Shown here in pieces: positions 37,839 through 48,860 of a stretch of DNA of 64,000 nt. The translations under genes were made by a program, and so were the position numbers. This stretch comes from Dendrobates tinctorius (taxonomy: Eukaryota). The stretch covers positions 26,226,001-26,290,000 of the forward strand of contig NW_027361870.1 of NCBI RefSeq assembly GCF_039654945.1. The letters are read 5' to 3'. Positions within the stretch are counted from its first letter, which is position 1. Every line of letters starts with the position of its first letter. The notes beneath the pieces are model-generated. The model saw only the letters and a list, made by a program, of their open reading frames with translations, did not search any database and was not told the origin of the DNA.

Positions 37839-40589
37839 TGAGCCCTGACATAAATCCTATTGAGCATCTTTGGAAAGAGCTGAAACATGCCGTCTGGAAA
37901 AGGCAACCTTCAAACACGAGACAACTGGAGCAGTTTGCTCTTGAGGAATGGGCCAAAATACCTGTCGAGAGGTGCAGAAGTCTCATTGACAGTTACAGGA
38001 ATCGTTTGATTGCAGTGATTGCCTCAAAAGGTTGTGCAACAAAATATTAAGTCAAAGGTACAATCATTTCTGTCCAGGCCTATTTCATGAGTTTTATTTT
38101 TTTTTAATTCTCTGGAAGCATGGTTGAAAAGCAATGTTTGACTTTCATTTGTTCATTTTCATAGAGTTTTGATTTATTATTACTTTTGTCAGATTTAAGT
38201 TATTTTATTTCTGTCACCATTGTGGGTTTTCTGTCATTAAAAGATTGGTACAAACAATTTTGACCACATGTGTACGTATTGTTTAGCACAGATTTTACAC
38301 TCGGCCAAATAGACAATGTGTAGTATTGCAATTTAAAAAAAGAATTTATGTGATGTTGTGCAGAATTATAAGATGTAAAACATGATATTTTACACATATA
38401 TTTGCACCAAATGCATTTAGAGAGGTCATATCTAAAATTACCCTTGATGGTCAGTTAGTCATTTTGGATAGAAGGAGGTTCACAAAAAAAAGACTAGGAG
38501 AGAGTGTGTAGCCTAGAGATTTAGCACATCAGGCAGAGGGTCTAACACCAGGTAAGAGTATATTGGCCAATTAAACGACTTGAAAAAGATTAGGAAGATT
38601 TTTATTGAAAATGGAAATTATAGCATGGTAATTTGTGCTATATGAAGCAACAAATGTGACAGCCAGTTGTTTAACAGGTCATATCGCGGTTTGAATGTGG
38701 TTATATTCTGAGCCTGTGTGTAACCTCTCAAGAACAAATCTATTTTTAATGGTTGCACATTCCTCTCTGAAGGAGAGATCGTCAGAGCAAGCACCGCAAG
38801 CCCTGACGAACTTTCCCACCGGGATTTTTTTTTAAATCACATGTTGTGGGTGGCAACTCGTAGCGTGTAAAACTGAATTCCCACCTGTCAGTTTTCTATA
38901 AAGGCTGGCACTCATAGAATTGTTAATAGGATTGCCAGTTAAGAGAACATCCAGAAAAGTCGTATACAAACTAGAGAAACCAGTAAACTGCACATTTAAA
39001 GTATTATTATTCAAATTGGAAAGAAAATCCAAACAATTAGTTTTGTTTCCCTGGTTACACCAAATGAACAGGAGATCGTCAATATATGTGTCATACCAAA
39101 TGAAGTTGGAATGAAATTGGTCGGTAGATATAATACTGTTTCCTCCCATCATGCCATGTAAAGATTGTCCGGCGATGGTGAGAAGCTGCCCCCAGTGGAC
39201 AACCTAGTATTTGAAGATAAAACTCATTCTTAAATTAAAAGAAATTATTAGAAAGCAGAGAAAGAACAACTTATAAAACAAAATCAATAAACAATAATGA
39301 ATAATCACTGTACTTATGGAGATGGTAAGATACAGCATCCAAAGCTTTTTGTGGGATACTGGAGTACAGAGCTACAACGTCACTAGTTACCCAATTGTAC
39401 GTAGGACACCACTGTAGTTGGGCCATAATTGTTAACAAATGTTTTGTGCCCTTAATGTGACTCATTGTGGCTAGCTCGAGAGGTTGTAGCAGGTTATCCA
39501 GCCAACGGGAAAGACTTTCACTAAGGGATTGTATCCCTGCAACAATAGGTCATAGAGGAGGTGGGAATGCTGTTTGTGCGTCTTGAGCAGGGCATGGAAG
39601 ACCGTACACACCGGAGCTTCAACCAACAAGTATTCCTTTTCTTTGGTAAACAAAAAACCTTTGGAGACACCTTCTAGCAACAAACGTGACATATCAACTG
39701 GAACTTGGCAAGTGGGATCAGTCCTGATTTTACAATATGTAGACACGTCAGAAAGGAGTTCCATAACCATTTTATGGTAAAGCATTTTGTCCAGGATGAC
39801 AATGGGCCCACCTTTATCTGACAGTCGAATAATTATATTGGGATAATTGTGAAGTTGAGTGGTAGCCCGTTTTTGCTCAATAGTGATGTTCTGTGTATGA
39901 TCCCTTTTGGTAGCAAACAACCTTGTCAGATCTCTCTCCATAACATGTTGGAAAACTCTTGATTGTACAGGACAGAACCGTGGATATGGAATTCTAAAAG
40001 AAGGGGGTTTTTTTACACTTTTCTGAAACATTGTCCAAGATGAGATCAGTCAAAGTAGAGATAGCACATTGTTCTTTGAAATTAAAAGTAGAATCGTGAA
40101 TGATAGAATCATTAGTGACCATATCAGTGGTAACTGAGCCATCGGTATGGATTAAAGCTTTTGTCTGAAAAAATGTCATTCAACAGTGAGCAGTCTCATA
40201 AATTTATTAATCTCCAGAAGTGTGTTGATCAGCCTCCTTTGTAGGGACAAAACTCAAGCCCTTAGCAAGAACATTTGCTTGATCAGCAGAAATGATGGTC
40301 GCAGACATATTTAAAATGGTGAATTTATCCACACCAGAAGAAAGGTATAAATCAGATTCTAATGTTTATTGCTTCCTGTCTGATATGCATGGGGTCTTCT
40401 TGTGTTTCTTGACTGCTCTATGTCCTAGTCGTTTTTTGGATGAGATTGTTGATAGTAATTGGACGAAGCAGAGTTATGCGATTTTTTTTTTTTTTTGTTA
40501 TTACTTGACGGTTGGTCCATCTAAGACCCACTGGTATCCATTTTGCCAGAAACACAATCAAAAGAGTCCAGTTCAGACGAACTAAAGCT

Positions 40590-41833
40590 CTTTGTACACT
40601 GCCCCTATTGGTCAAACAATCAGTAGATTTGGTTTCCAGTACCATCTCTATGCTGATGACACCCAATTATATGCTTCTTCTCCTGATATCACACCTGCCT
40701 TTTTAGAAAACACCAGCGATTGCCTATACACTGTGTCTAACATCATGTCCTCACTATATCTGAAACTGAACCTGTCAAAGACTGAACTCCTTGTGTTTCC
40801 TCCCGCTACTAACCTACCTATGCCCGACATTGCCATTACTCCCAAGCAACATGCCCGCTGTCTTGGGGTCATACTTGACTCTGAACTCTCATTCGCCCCC
40901 CACATCCGATCACTGGCTCGCTCTTGTTATCTGCATCTCAAAAACATTTCTAGAATTCTACCTTTTCTTACTTTTGATTCCGCAAAAACTCTTACTGTTT
41001 CTCTTATTCATTCTCGTCTAGACGATTGTAACTCTCTTCTAATCGGTCTCCATCTTACCAAACTCTCCCCCCTCCAATCTGTCTTGAATGCTGCAGCCAG
41101 GATCATATTCCTCTCCATTCGTTACACCGACGCCTCTACCTTGTGCCAGTCATTACACTCGCTACCCATCCACTCCAGCATCCAGTACAAACTTATTACC
41201 CTCACCACAATTCTCTCCATGGCTCAGCACCACCCTACATCTCCTCCCTCGTTTCAGTCTACCATGCTACCCATGCCCTCCATTCTGCTGATGACCTGAG
41301 GTTAGCATCCTCAATAATCAGAACCTCCCACTCCCGTCTCCAAGACTATACACGTGCTGCGCCAATTCTTTGGAATGCACTTCCCAGGTCAATACGATTA
41401 GTCCCCAATCCCTACAATTTTAAGCATGCCCTGAAAACGCATTTATTCAGACTGGCCTATCGCCTCAACGCATTAACCTAATCTATCCCTGTGTGGCACA
41501 GCCAAAAGTTTTACCATAACCAGGTTCCCCGCATCATGTTCCCACATGCTTTATGCATCTATTAGCCCTCTGTGTCTGTACTGTTACACACTTAACATTA
41601 TGGCTGGTCCAAACAATCAGGGCAATTGTTACCACCCACCTTTCTTGTCTCCCCTTTTTCCTTATAGAATGTAAGCTTGCGAGCAGGGCCCTCATTCCTC
41701 TTGGTATTTGTTATGATCTATGTGGTTATTGTTATGCTGTAATGTATATTGTCTGTACAAGTCCCCTCTGAAATGTAAAGTACTGCGGAATGTCTGCGCT
41801 ATAGAAATAAAATTTATTATTATTATTTATTAT
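40590..41833 (+). mobile_element. L2-clade LINE, 5'-truncated
   Basis: [41 protein letters not shown]; 3' end AATAAA followed by (ATT)n. Confidence 0.9.
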
Positions 41834-42230
41834 GATGTGAGGTTAAAAAGGGCGCTGTCTCCCGTTGTGGTAATTCATTTTAAGAATAGATTTAGGCGTG
41901 TTTTAGGAGTGTTTTCTGTTCTAACGCCAAGTGTAAACAGAGACATTTTTGTAATCCTTCAAATCTCTACTGAACTTATATCTTCATGTTCATTTAGAGT
42001 TTTTTGTAATTTATCCTTTAAGTTGGAAAACTCGCTATCCGTAGCGAATTTATTGACCAATTCCTGCACATGTTTTTTTTGCTCTCACAAATTACAATAT
42101 TTTATGTTTTAATACCTTTTCTATTGCTTTGTATGCTGGATTTTTTTTCTCTCTTGTTGTTTCCCTGCCCAGAAGTCGGTCTGGAGTCCATGCACTGCAT
42201 CTTCATTGAGGTACATTTTTTCCACACTAA

Positions 42231-42696
42231 GGCTGGTTTCACATTAGCGCTTTTTAAGCGCACGCACGGCCGGGGGTAGCTCCGCCCCCGAGCCGGCTCT
42301 CTGCCCGGCGTGCCCGCCCCTTGCTTGTAGCGCCGCCTCCTAGCGGACAGCGGCGCCTGCGATCGGCGCACCCTATCTTTAGCATAGGGTGCGCAGATCG
42401 TGCGCAGGCCGTGCGCTAGTTGCGCTTTGACCTGCGCTGCGCACTTTTGACGGTGCGCCGTGCGCGCCAAAATCCGTCAAAAGTGCGCAGCGCAGGTCAA
42501 AGCGCAACTAGCGCACGGCCTGCGCACGATCTGCGCACCCTATGCTAAAGATAGGGTGCGCCGATCGCAGGCGCCGCTGTCCGCTAGGAGGCGGCGCTAC
42601 AAGCAAGGGGCGGGCACGCCGGGCAGAGAGCCGGCTCGGGGGCGGAGCTACCCCCGGCCGTGCGTGCGCTTAAAAAGCGCTAATGTGAAACCACCC
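42231..42696. mobile_element. PIF/Harbinger-type MITE, family D, almost perfect palindrome
   Basis: TAA|GGCTGGTTTCACATTAGCGC...GCGCTAATGTGAAACCACCC|TTA. Arms ~220 bp, loop ~20 nt. Confidence 0.9.
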
Positions 42697-43290
42697 TTAG
42701 TGAGCCGATTTCCCTTCCCCCCTCCCCCACTCCTTTTTGGTATCCCTAAAGAAACAGGTTGTGTAAATTTGTTGAAAAAAATTGAAATTGGTACTAAACT
42801 TTTAGACTCTCTAACATCCTAACAAAATAAAATCACATTTGAAAAATGATGTAAATGTAAAGTATATGTGAGGGAAATATTATTTATTATTTTTTTTGTC
42901 CGGCATGACTAGCACAGAAGAACTTAAGGATACAGTATATATGGTAGATTGAAATTTTGAAAATTTAGGGTTTTTTTTTTCACAATTTTCACCAAAATTG
43001 TGATATTTTCGCAAATAAACGCAAGATATATGTATACAAAAAAAATTATGCCACTATTATGAAATACAATATGTCACAAAAAAACTGGGATCCTTTGAAG
43101 CGTTCCAAAATTATTACCTTATAAAGTTACACTGGTCAGATTTCTAAAATTTGACCTGGTCATTAAGGTCAAACTTTGCTTGTTCGCTAAAGGGTTAAAA
43201 CATTTCTTTTAAAGATATAATACTCAACCTATCTTATCCTCATCGCATTTGTGCCAGCGTCCAACTGTCCAGGTCCCATGCCAGTCTTAA

Positions 43291-43684
43291 GGGCATGTCA
43301 CACTAAGAGATATCGCTAGCAATATCGCTATGACTAGTGACGTTATAGCGATATTGCTAGCGATATCTCTGTGTCTGATACTTACCAGCGACCGGCTCCC
43401 CCGCTGGTTATCGCTGATCGCGCGAGAACGTTCAGGACTGTTTCTCGTCGTCAGCTTCCTGCGGCGCTTCCTGCTGTGAGGACGAGCGACGCGTGGAGCC
43501 GGGCGGGAGGACGCAGGATCGCCTAGTGTGACAGGTAAGTAGCGACCCCCGTCCCCAGCGATGTCGTTAGTGAGATCTGCCTATGTGGCAGCTCACTAGC
43601 GACCACTTAGCGATGTACCAGCGATCCTGACCGCGTCATATCGCTGGTCGGGATCGCTGGTACATCGCTAAGTGTGACAGTACC
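43291..43684. mobile_element. PIF/Harbinger-type MITE, family A
   Basis: TAA|GGGCATGTCACACTAAG...CGCTAAGTGTGACAGTACC; near-identical to 5846-6239. Confidence 0.8.
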
Positions 43685-44562
43685 TTTAGTGTTTGGCCAA
43701 TCAAAATGTGTCAGTTTTGACATTGATTGAGAGTGACTGACAGTGGTCACATGTCAATTTTGACGAAGCAAGGAGTAAAGCTTGTCTTTCTACTTCCTGT
43801 TCTCTTCATGACCAAAATGTAACCTCTGCAGCTAATAATTTACAGTGATCAATAAGGAAGTTATATTTTTTTATAGAGTATTTTTTTCATACATTAATAG
43901 TTTATGTGAATATCAGAAATGTTGTAATTTATCTTGTTAGAAAAATAAACTTCTATTTCCTTCAGGACAGATTATTCATTCTCAAAATATTCAGTTCACA
44001 GGTAAAATGTGTCTTATGTGTCCTATACCACTACTGAGATAGAAGATGACAGTTGGTGCTCATAAGATTATATGGAGATAACTGTTGTTTCAAAAGAACT
44101 TTCAGTAGAATGTCTGTGTTCCGCTAGCTCCTCCCTCTTCTCCATAAACTTTTAAAATCACCAACTGCAATCTCTTAGGCCTCTTTCACACATCAGGTTT
44201 TCGCCGTCATGCGTGATCCGGCGCTTTTGACAGAAACCGGATCCGGCGAAATGCAATGCCGGATCCGGTTTCCCCCTCATTGACTTGCATTTGCGCCGGA
44301 TCGCGCCGGATGGCCATGCGTTTCATCCAGTTTTCGCCGGATCCGGCAATGTGTCGCGATCCGGCGTCTGGAAAAAACGGCTACTGTAACGTTTTTTGTC
44401 TCCGGCGAAAAAGCCGGACCCGCCGGATCCGGCGCGTCCGGCTTTTTCACACAATGAAAGCCTATGAGCGCCGCAATGCGCCTGATCCGGCGAAAGCCGG
44501 ATCCGGTGGCCGGATCCGTTTTTTTTGGTCTGAGCATGCTCAGTAGCTCTGCCCACAAGACA

Positions 44563-44571
44563 TATATAAAA
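44563..44571 (+). promoter_or_regulatory. Candidate TATA box of the MADF gene
   Basis: TATATAAAA ~35-40 bp upstream of ATG 44604, just inside the subterminal repeats. Confidence 0.5.
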
Positions 44572-44603
44572 GCAAGACAGTGGGACCCACAGCCACACCC
44601 AAC

Positions 44604-47195
44604 ATGCCACCCAAGAAAGCAACCAAGCGCAGCAGGAGAAGGCAGGAGACCACTGCAGCACCATCAGCACCACCACCACCCCAAATGGAGCAGCAAATGG
44701 AACATGCTGAGGAGGGGAGTCCAGCAGCAGATGAGAGACGGTAATTATCAAATCCCCCATTCCTCGAAACTAGGGCCATGGAATATCAAGATATTCATTG
44801 GCCCTTTGTTTCTCTTTATTCAACAGCCGCCCAAGAGATGCAGCAGCAGCAGCAGCAGAAATGGCATCACTGGCAGCAGCAACAGCAGCAGCAATACCCA
44901 CAGCCATGGAGTCTGGTCATCAACAGGACAGCACATCTTCTTCTGGGAGCCCTCCCTCGCATCGTCAGCGTTTGACGGTAAGTTTTTATTTCCAAAATCC
45001 ATCATCTCTGTAATATATGTCTATTCATTGCCTTTTATTTCAAAACATGAATCACAAGATGAAGAGGAGCTCCCAGAAGAAGAAGGAAGGGGTGGACAGA
45101 CACCTGGAGTGGGCTCACAATTGGTAAGTTTTTTGCATCAAACGCAGAAACACAACATCACACTACACACAACACATAGAAAACAATGTTCTGCAGACCA
45201 CACATAGCAAAAAAATGCCTACATCCAAAGACATAACATTTTTTGTTTTATTCTCTAGTCTTCCCAATCTGGTGCTCGGCCAAGAGGTCCTCGCAGTGCC
45301 TCCCAGGGTCGTCGGCGACAGCAACGCGGCGGTCACCAGCGTGTAAGTATAAATATTTTTGCTTTGTTTTTTTGCACTTTTTATTTCATTTCTTTTGTGG
45401 AGGCTAATTATGTTATTTTTGTCTTTTTCTTTAACAACCTTCACAGCGTGCTCCCGACTCTGACGGTGAGGTTGGAGGACTCGATGTGGACCACCTCATC
45501 GATCTCGTCAGAGAAAGGGAGCCGCTCTGGAATATGGCTGACCGCCGCCACGCTGACCTTATCGTTACCCGACGACTCTGGGAGGAAATCTGTTCGCTCC
45601 TTGTGGGCCGCTGGGAGGCCCTCGATGTTCGGGCCCAGATTAAAGAGCGTAAGTATATACAGTACCGGTTGCTTGATGTAAACCAGTGTTTCCCGAACTC
45701 CAGTCCTCGTGGTCCCCACGGATCATGTGTTCAGGATTTCTATTTACTATGGAAATCCTGAAAACATGACCCCTGGGGACCATGAGGACTGGAGTTTGTG
45801 AAACACTGATGTTGTATACTAACCACTCCTTTCTCGTTTCAGGGAACAGAATTGTGAATCGGTGGCGGTCTGTGAGGGATCGTTTCAAGAAGGAGTTCAA
45901 TAAAGAGATGCGGGCCCCGGGTGGATCTGGAGGACGCAGGAGCAAGTACAAGTACGCACAAGCCCTGTCGTTCCTCCGGGAAACAATGGTCACTAGAAGG
46001 TAAATATTACACACCACATGTGAAAAAAAATGTTAGATGTAACTTTTTTTTTTCAGCCAGGGCCATACCATGTCAGTATTTTAATTGTTTTTTTTTCTCT
46101 TTATTCCACAGCACGGTGAGCAGCACTCGGGAGCCTGCACGATTGGACCCTTCTGAGGCGATCCCTGAGGAGACCGGCACCGAGGGACACTTCGACCGCC
46201 CCGGTACATCTGCACCTTCCCAGCCTTCCCACACATTCGACCCATCTGTCCCATCCACCAGCACAGGAGCATCGTGGCCGCCTACATTACATGAAGCTGC
46301 TGGTGAGGAGATCGCTTTCCCTTTACCCCACCCTTCTGCCCCTGCCACCTCTAGTACACCTGCGGGTACTGGGCGACAGCGGCAGAGGGGTCAGGAAAAG
46401 AGTTATGCGCAAGAGTTCTTGCATCTGAATGCATCTTTCCAGAACTGTCTAAAAGTCTTGTCAGAGCAAATCTCCGCAGGCTTTCAGCAGATCAACTCCA
46501 GCATTCTGGAGGTGAAGACACTTCTGCAAACCATGCATTCAGAAGCAAGATCTTCGCCAAACCACACCTTTTTCTGGTCTGTTGTGGAGCGCATGGCAAC
46601 ACTATCTCCTACCCAGCAGATGCATGTAATGCATTCGTGCCACGGTGCTCTACAGCAGGTTACCTCCCAACCTCCACCTCCCACCACTGTAGTTCCTCCA
46701 CCTGCACCCCCTCCAGCCACTTTCCATCCTCCCCCTCCTATTACATCTGCACCCCCTCCAGCCACTTTCCATCCTCCCCCTCCTATTACATCTGCACCCC
46801 CTCCAGCCACTTCCCATCCTCCCCCTCCTATTACATACCAGCAACCTCACCAGTACCAGCAACCTCCCCAGTACCAGACATCTCCCCACTTCCAGCAACC
46901 TGCCCCGTACCAAACTCCTTCCCCGTACCAAACTCCTTCCCCGTACCAAACTCCTTCCCCATACAACTTTCCATCAACATCATCTGCTCCTACAGTCCCT
47001 GCCCAACCCTCCACTCCACCGCCCACCACCTCTTCTGCCTCCCACATGTCCACCCATTCTGTAGCTTTTTCCACACCTTCACCTCTAACTGTTCCTTCCC
47101 CACCACGATCCCAGTCCTCTCTCCACACACCCAGTGTCAAAGTGTCCCGCAGCCCCTCCAGCAGTATTTCCACCCCACACTACACAGATTTGTAA
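44604..47195 (+). CDS. Harbinger Myb/SANT-like (MADF) accessory protein, 7 exons, ~629 aa (604 aa if exon 3 is skipped)
   Basis: Exons 44604-44740, 44827-44977, 45049-45123, 45259-45342, 45447-45648, 45843-45999, 46112-47195. Phases are consistent with no stops. All introns are GT-AG except the exon-3 acceptor (AT). MADF: LIDLVREREPLWNMADRRHAD...LWEEI...RWRSVRDRF...YKYAQALSFL. Basic N-terminus, Pro-rich tail, AATAAA at ~47208. Confidence 0.85.
45684..45808. mobile_element. Tiny palindromic hAT-like MITE in intron 5 of the MADF gene
   Basis: CAGTGTTTCCCGAACTCCAGTCCTC...GAGGACTGGAGTTTGTGAAACACTG. Confidence 0.7.
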
Positions 47196-47698
47196 TGTGT
47201 GTTTTTTAATAAATATGCCCATTGGGTTTAAAACCTTTATTAAAAAAGTTTTTTGCACTTTAAAAACATTTTACAAAAAAAAAAAAAAATTTTAAATAAA
47301 AGTTAAATTATCGTTTCACAATGGTTGTCTGTCATTTCTTTCTGCGGCGAACTATGTTTAAAAAAAAGGTTAAATACAGGGTATTTCAAAGGTAAAAAGG
47401 TATTCAAAACCAGGTATATAACTGTGGGTAAATTTTAGCTTTTTGCCACAGTTGTGTTCCTGGTTGTGTTTGAAGCAAAGTATTTCACCTAAAAAGTTGT
47501 GTTTATTGTTGGTGATTTCCTAACAATGTACACAACTTTTGTTAAAAGGTGAAATACTTTGCATAAAACACAACCAGGTACACACCTGTGGCCTAAAGGT
47601 AAAAATAGTAAGACCATGACAAGATAGCCAACTTTGGTTGGCAAAGGTATATACTGTTGGTCCAGAAGGTACACAAGTTTGGTTAGGGCACAAATCTT

Positions 47699-47824
47699 TC
47701 ACACTCTGTCATCCTGCCAGTGTACTCTGCCTTGAGGTGACATAAAGTATAGTGCAAAATTGTCCCTCATTACTGAAACCGTCACAGAACTTCTAGTGGT
47801 AATATTTCCAATGACAACATCCAT
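47699..47824 (-). pseudogene. Residual Harbinger transposase mini-ORF (41 aa)
   Basis: MDVVIGNITTRSSVTVSVMRDNFALYFMSPQGRVHWQDDRV*. The second half matches the Harbinger transposase C-terminal motif (compare HDVFTNYFVTPQGANPLQ at ~23650-23705). Confidence 0.75.
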
Positions 47825-48302
47825 CTTCGCCAGTAACTTGCTCTTCTCTCCAACCTGCACTTTCTTCTCTACAACCTGTCAAAGAAGGGCTGTAGGAACA
47901 TGCTATATATAGTTTTCCAGTAGCTAATCCCATTCGGAAGGCCACAAGGGTCAATTTTAAAAACCGGATCCGGCGTAATCCGTCGAAAAACGGATAGAAA
48001 AACGGATGAACTGGATGAGACGGATCCGGTTTTGTCTGTCAAGAACAAGACGGATCCGGCAGAAAACCGGATCCGGCACATCAGGTTTTACAAAACATTT
48101 GCCGGATCCGGCATTCCGGCACGACGTCGGATCGCGCCTGACGCCGAAAACCTGATGTGTGAAAGTAGCCTTATCTAGGTAATGGAAAAATCTGTCTTCA
48201 CTGAACACAGATTTTACCCAGTGATTGTGAATGAAAGATAAATCCCATTAGAAAAAAAAATTCTCTGATAAGATATATTATAAAGTTTCTTATTTTCATA
48301 TA

Positions 48303-48860
48303 TAACATAGTAACATAGTTTTGAAGGCTGAAGGAAGACCTTATGTCCATCTAGTTCAGCCTGTTTCTAGTGCAGCTGTTCTGCATTGTTTATCCTGGGG
48401 AAGGCAAAAAACCCACAGAGTAGAAGCCAATTTTCTCCATAGGGAAAATTCCTTCCCCTAAGCTGGGTCAACCATCTACCTATAATATTATGTTATTCGT
48501 AACCTTCTATACTGTTACTCACAAGAAAAGCATCCATTCCTTTCTTAAATTCATTCAGTGAGTTGGCCATCACCACTTCCTCAGGAAGAGAACTCCAGAG
48601 CCTCACTGCTCTTACCATGAAGAACCCTCTTCTATGGTGGTGCAGAAATTGTCTTTCCTCCAAACGAAGAGAATGCCCCCTTGTTCTTGTCACAGTCCTT
48701 GGTACAAACAGTTCATTGGAGAGATCTCTGTATTGCCCTCTGATATACTTGTACATATATATTAAGTCACCCCTACTGTAAGTCTTCTCTTTTCTAGAGT
48801 AAATAGACCTAATTTTGATAACCTTTCTGGGTATTGTAGTGAACCAACTCCATTTATCAT
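48303..48860 (-). mobile_element. CR1-clade LINE 3' end
   Basis: MYKYIRG...RTRGHSLRLEE...FFMVRAVRLWSSLPEEVV; 3' tail (ACTATGTT)n. Confidence 0.88.

Larger units (their letters stand above)
44178..48170. mobile_element. PIF/Harbinger element (4.0 kb) with a MADF gene and an internally deleted transposase
   Basis: TTA TSD. ~46-bp imperfect TIR GGCCTCTTTCACACATCAGGTTTTCG / CGAAAACCTGATGTGTGAAAGTAGCC. Subterminal CCGGATCCGG arrays. Confidence 0.93.

Noticed and set aside
42102-42822. Two similar divergent 120-aa ORFs
   Set aside because: Artefact of a GC-rich palindrome read on both strands.
45921-47195. Stand-alone 424-aa extensin-like gene
   Set aside because: It is the last exon (from 46112) of the spliced MADF gene; the ORF's first ~64 codons are out-of-frame exon or intron.
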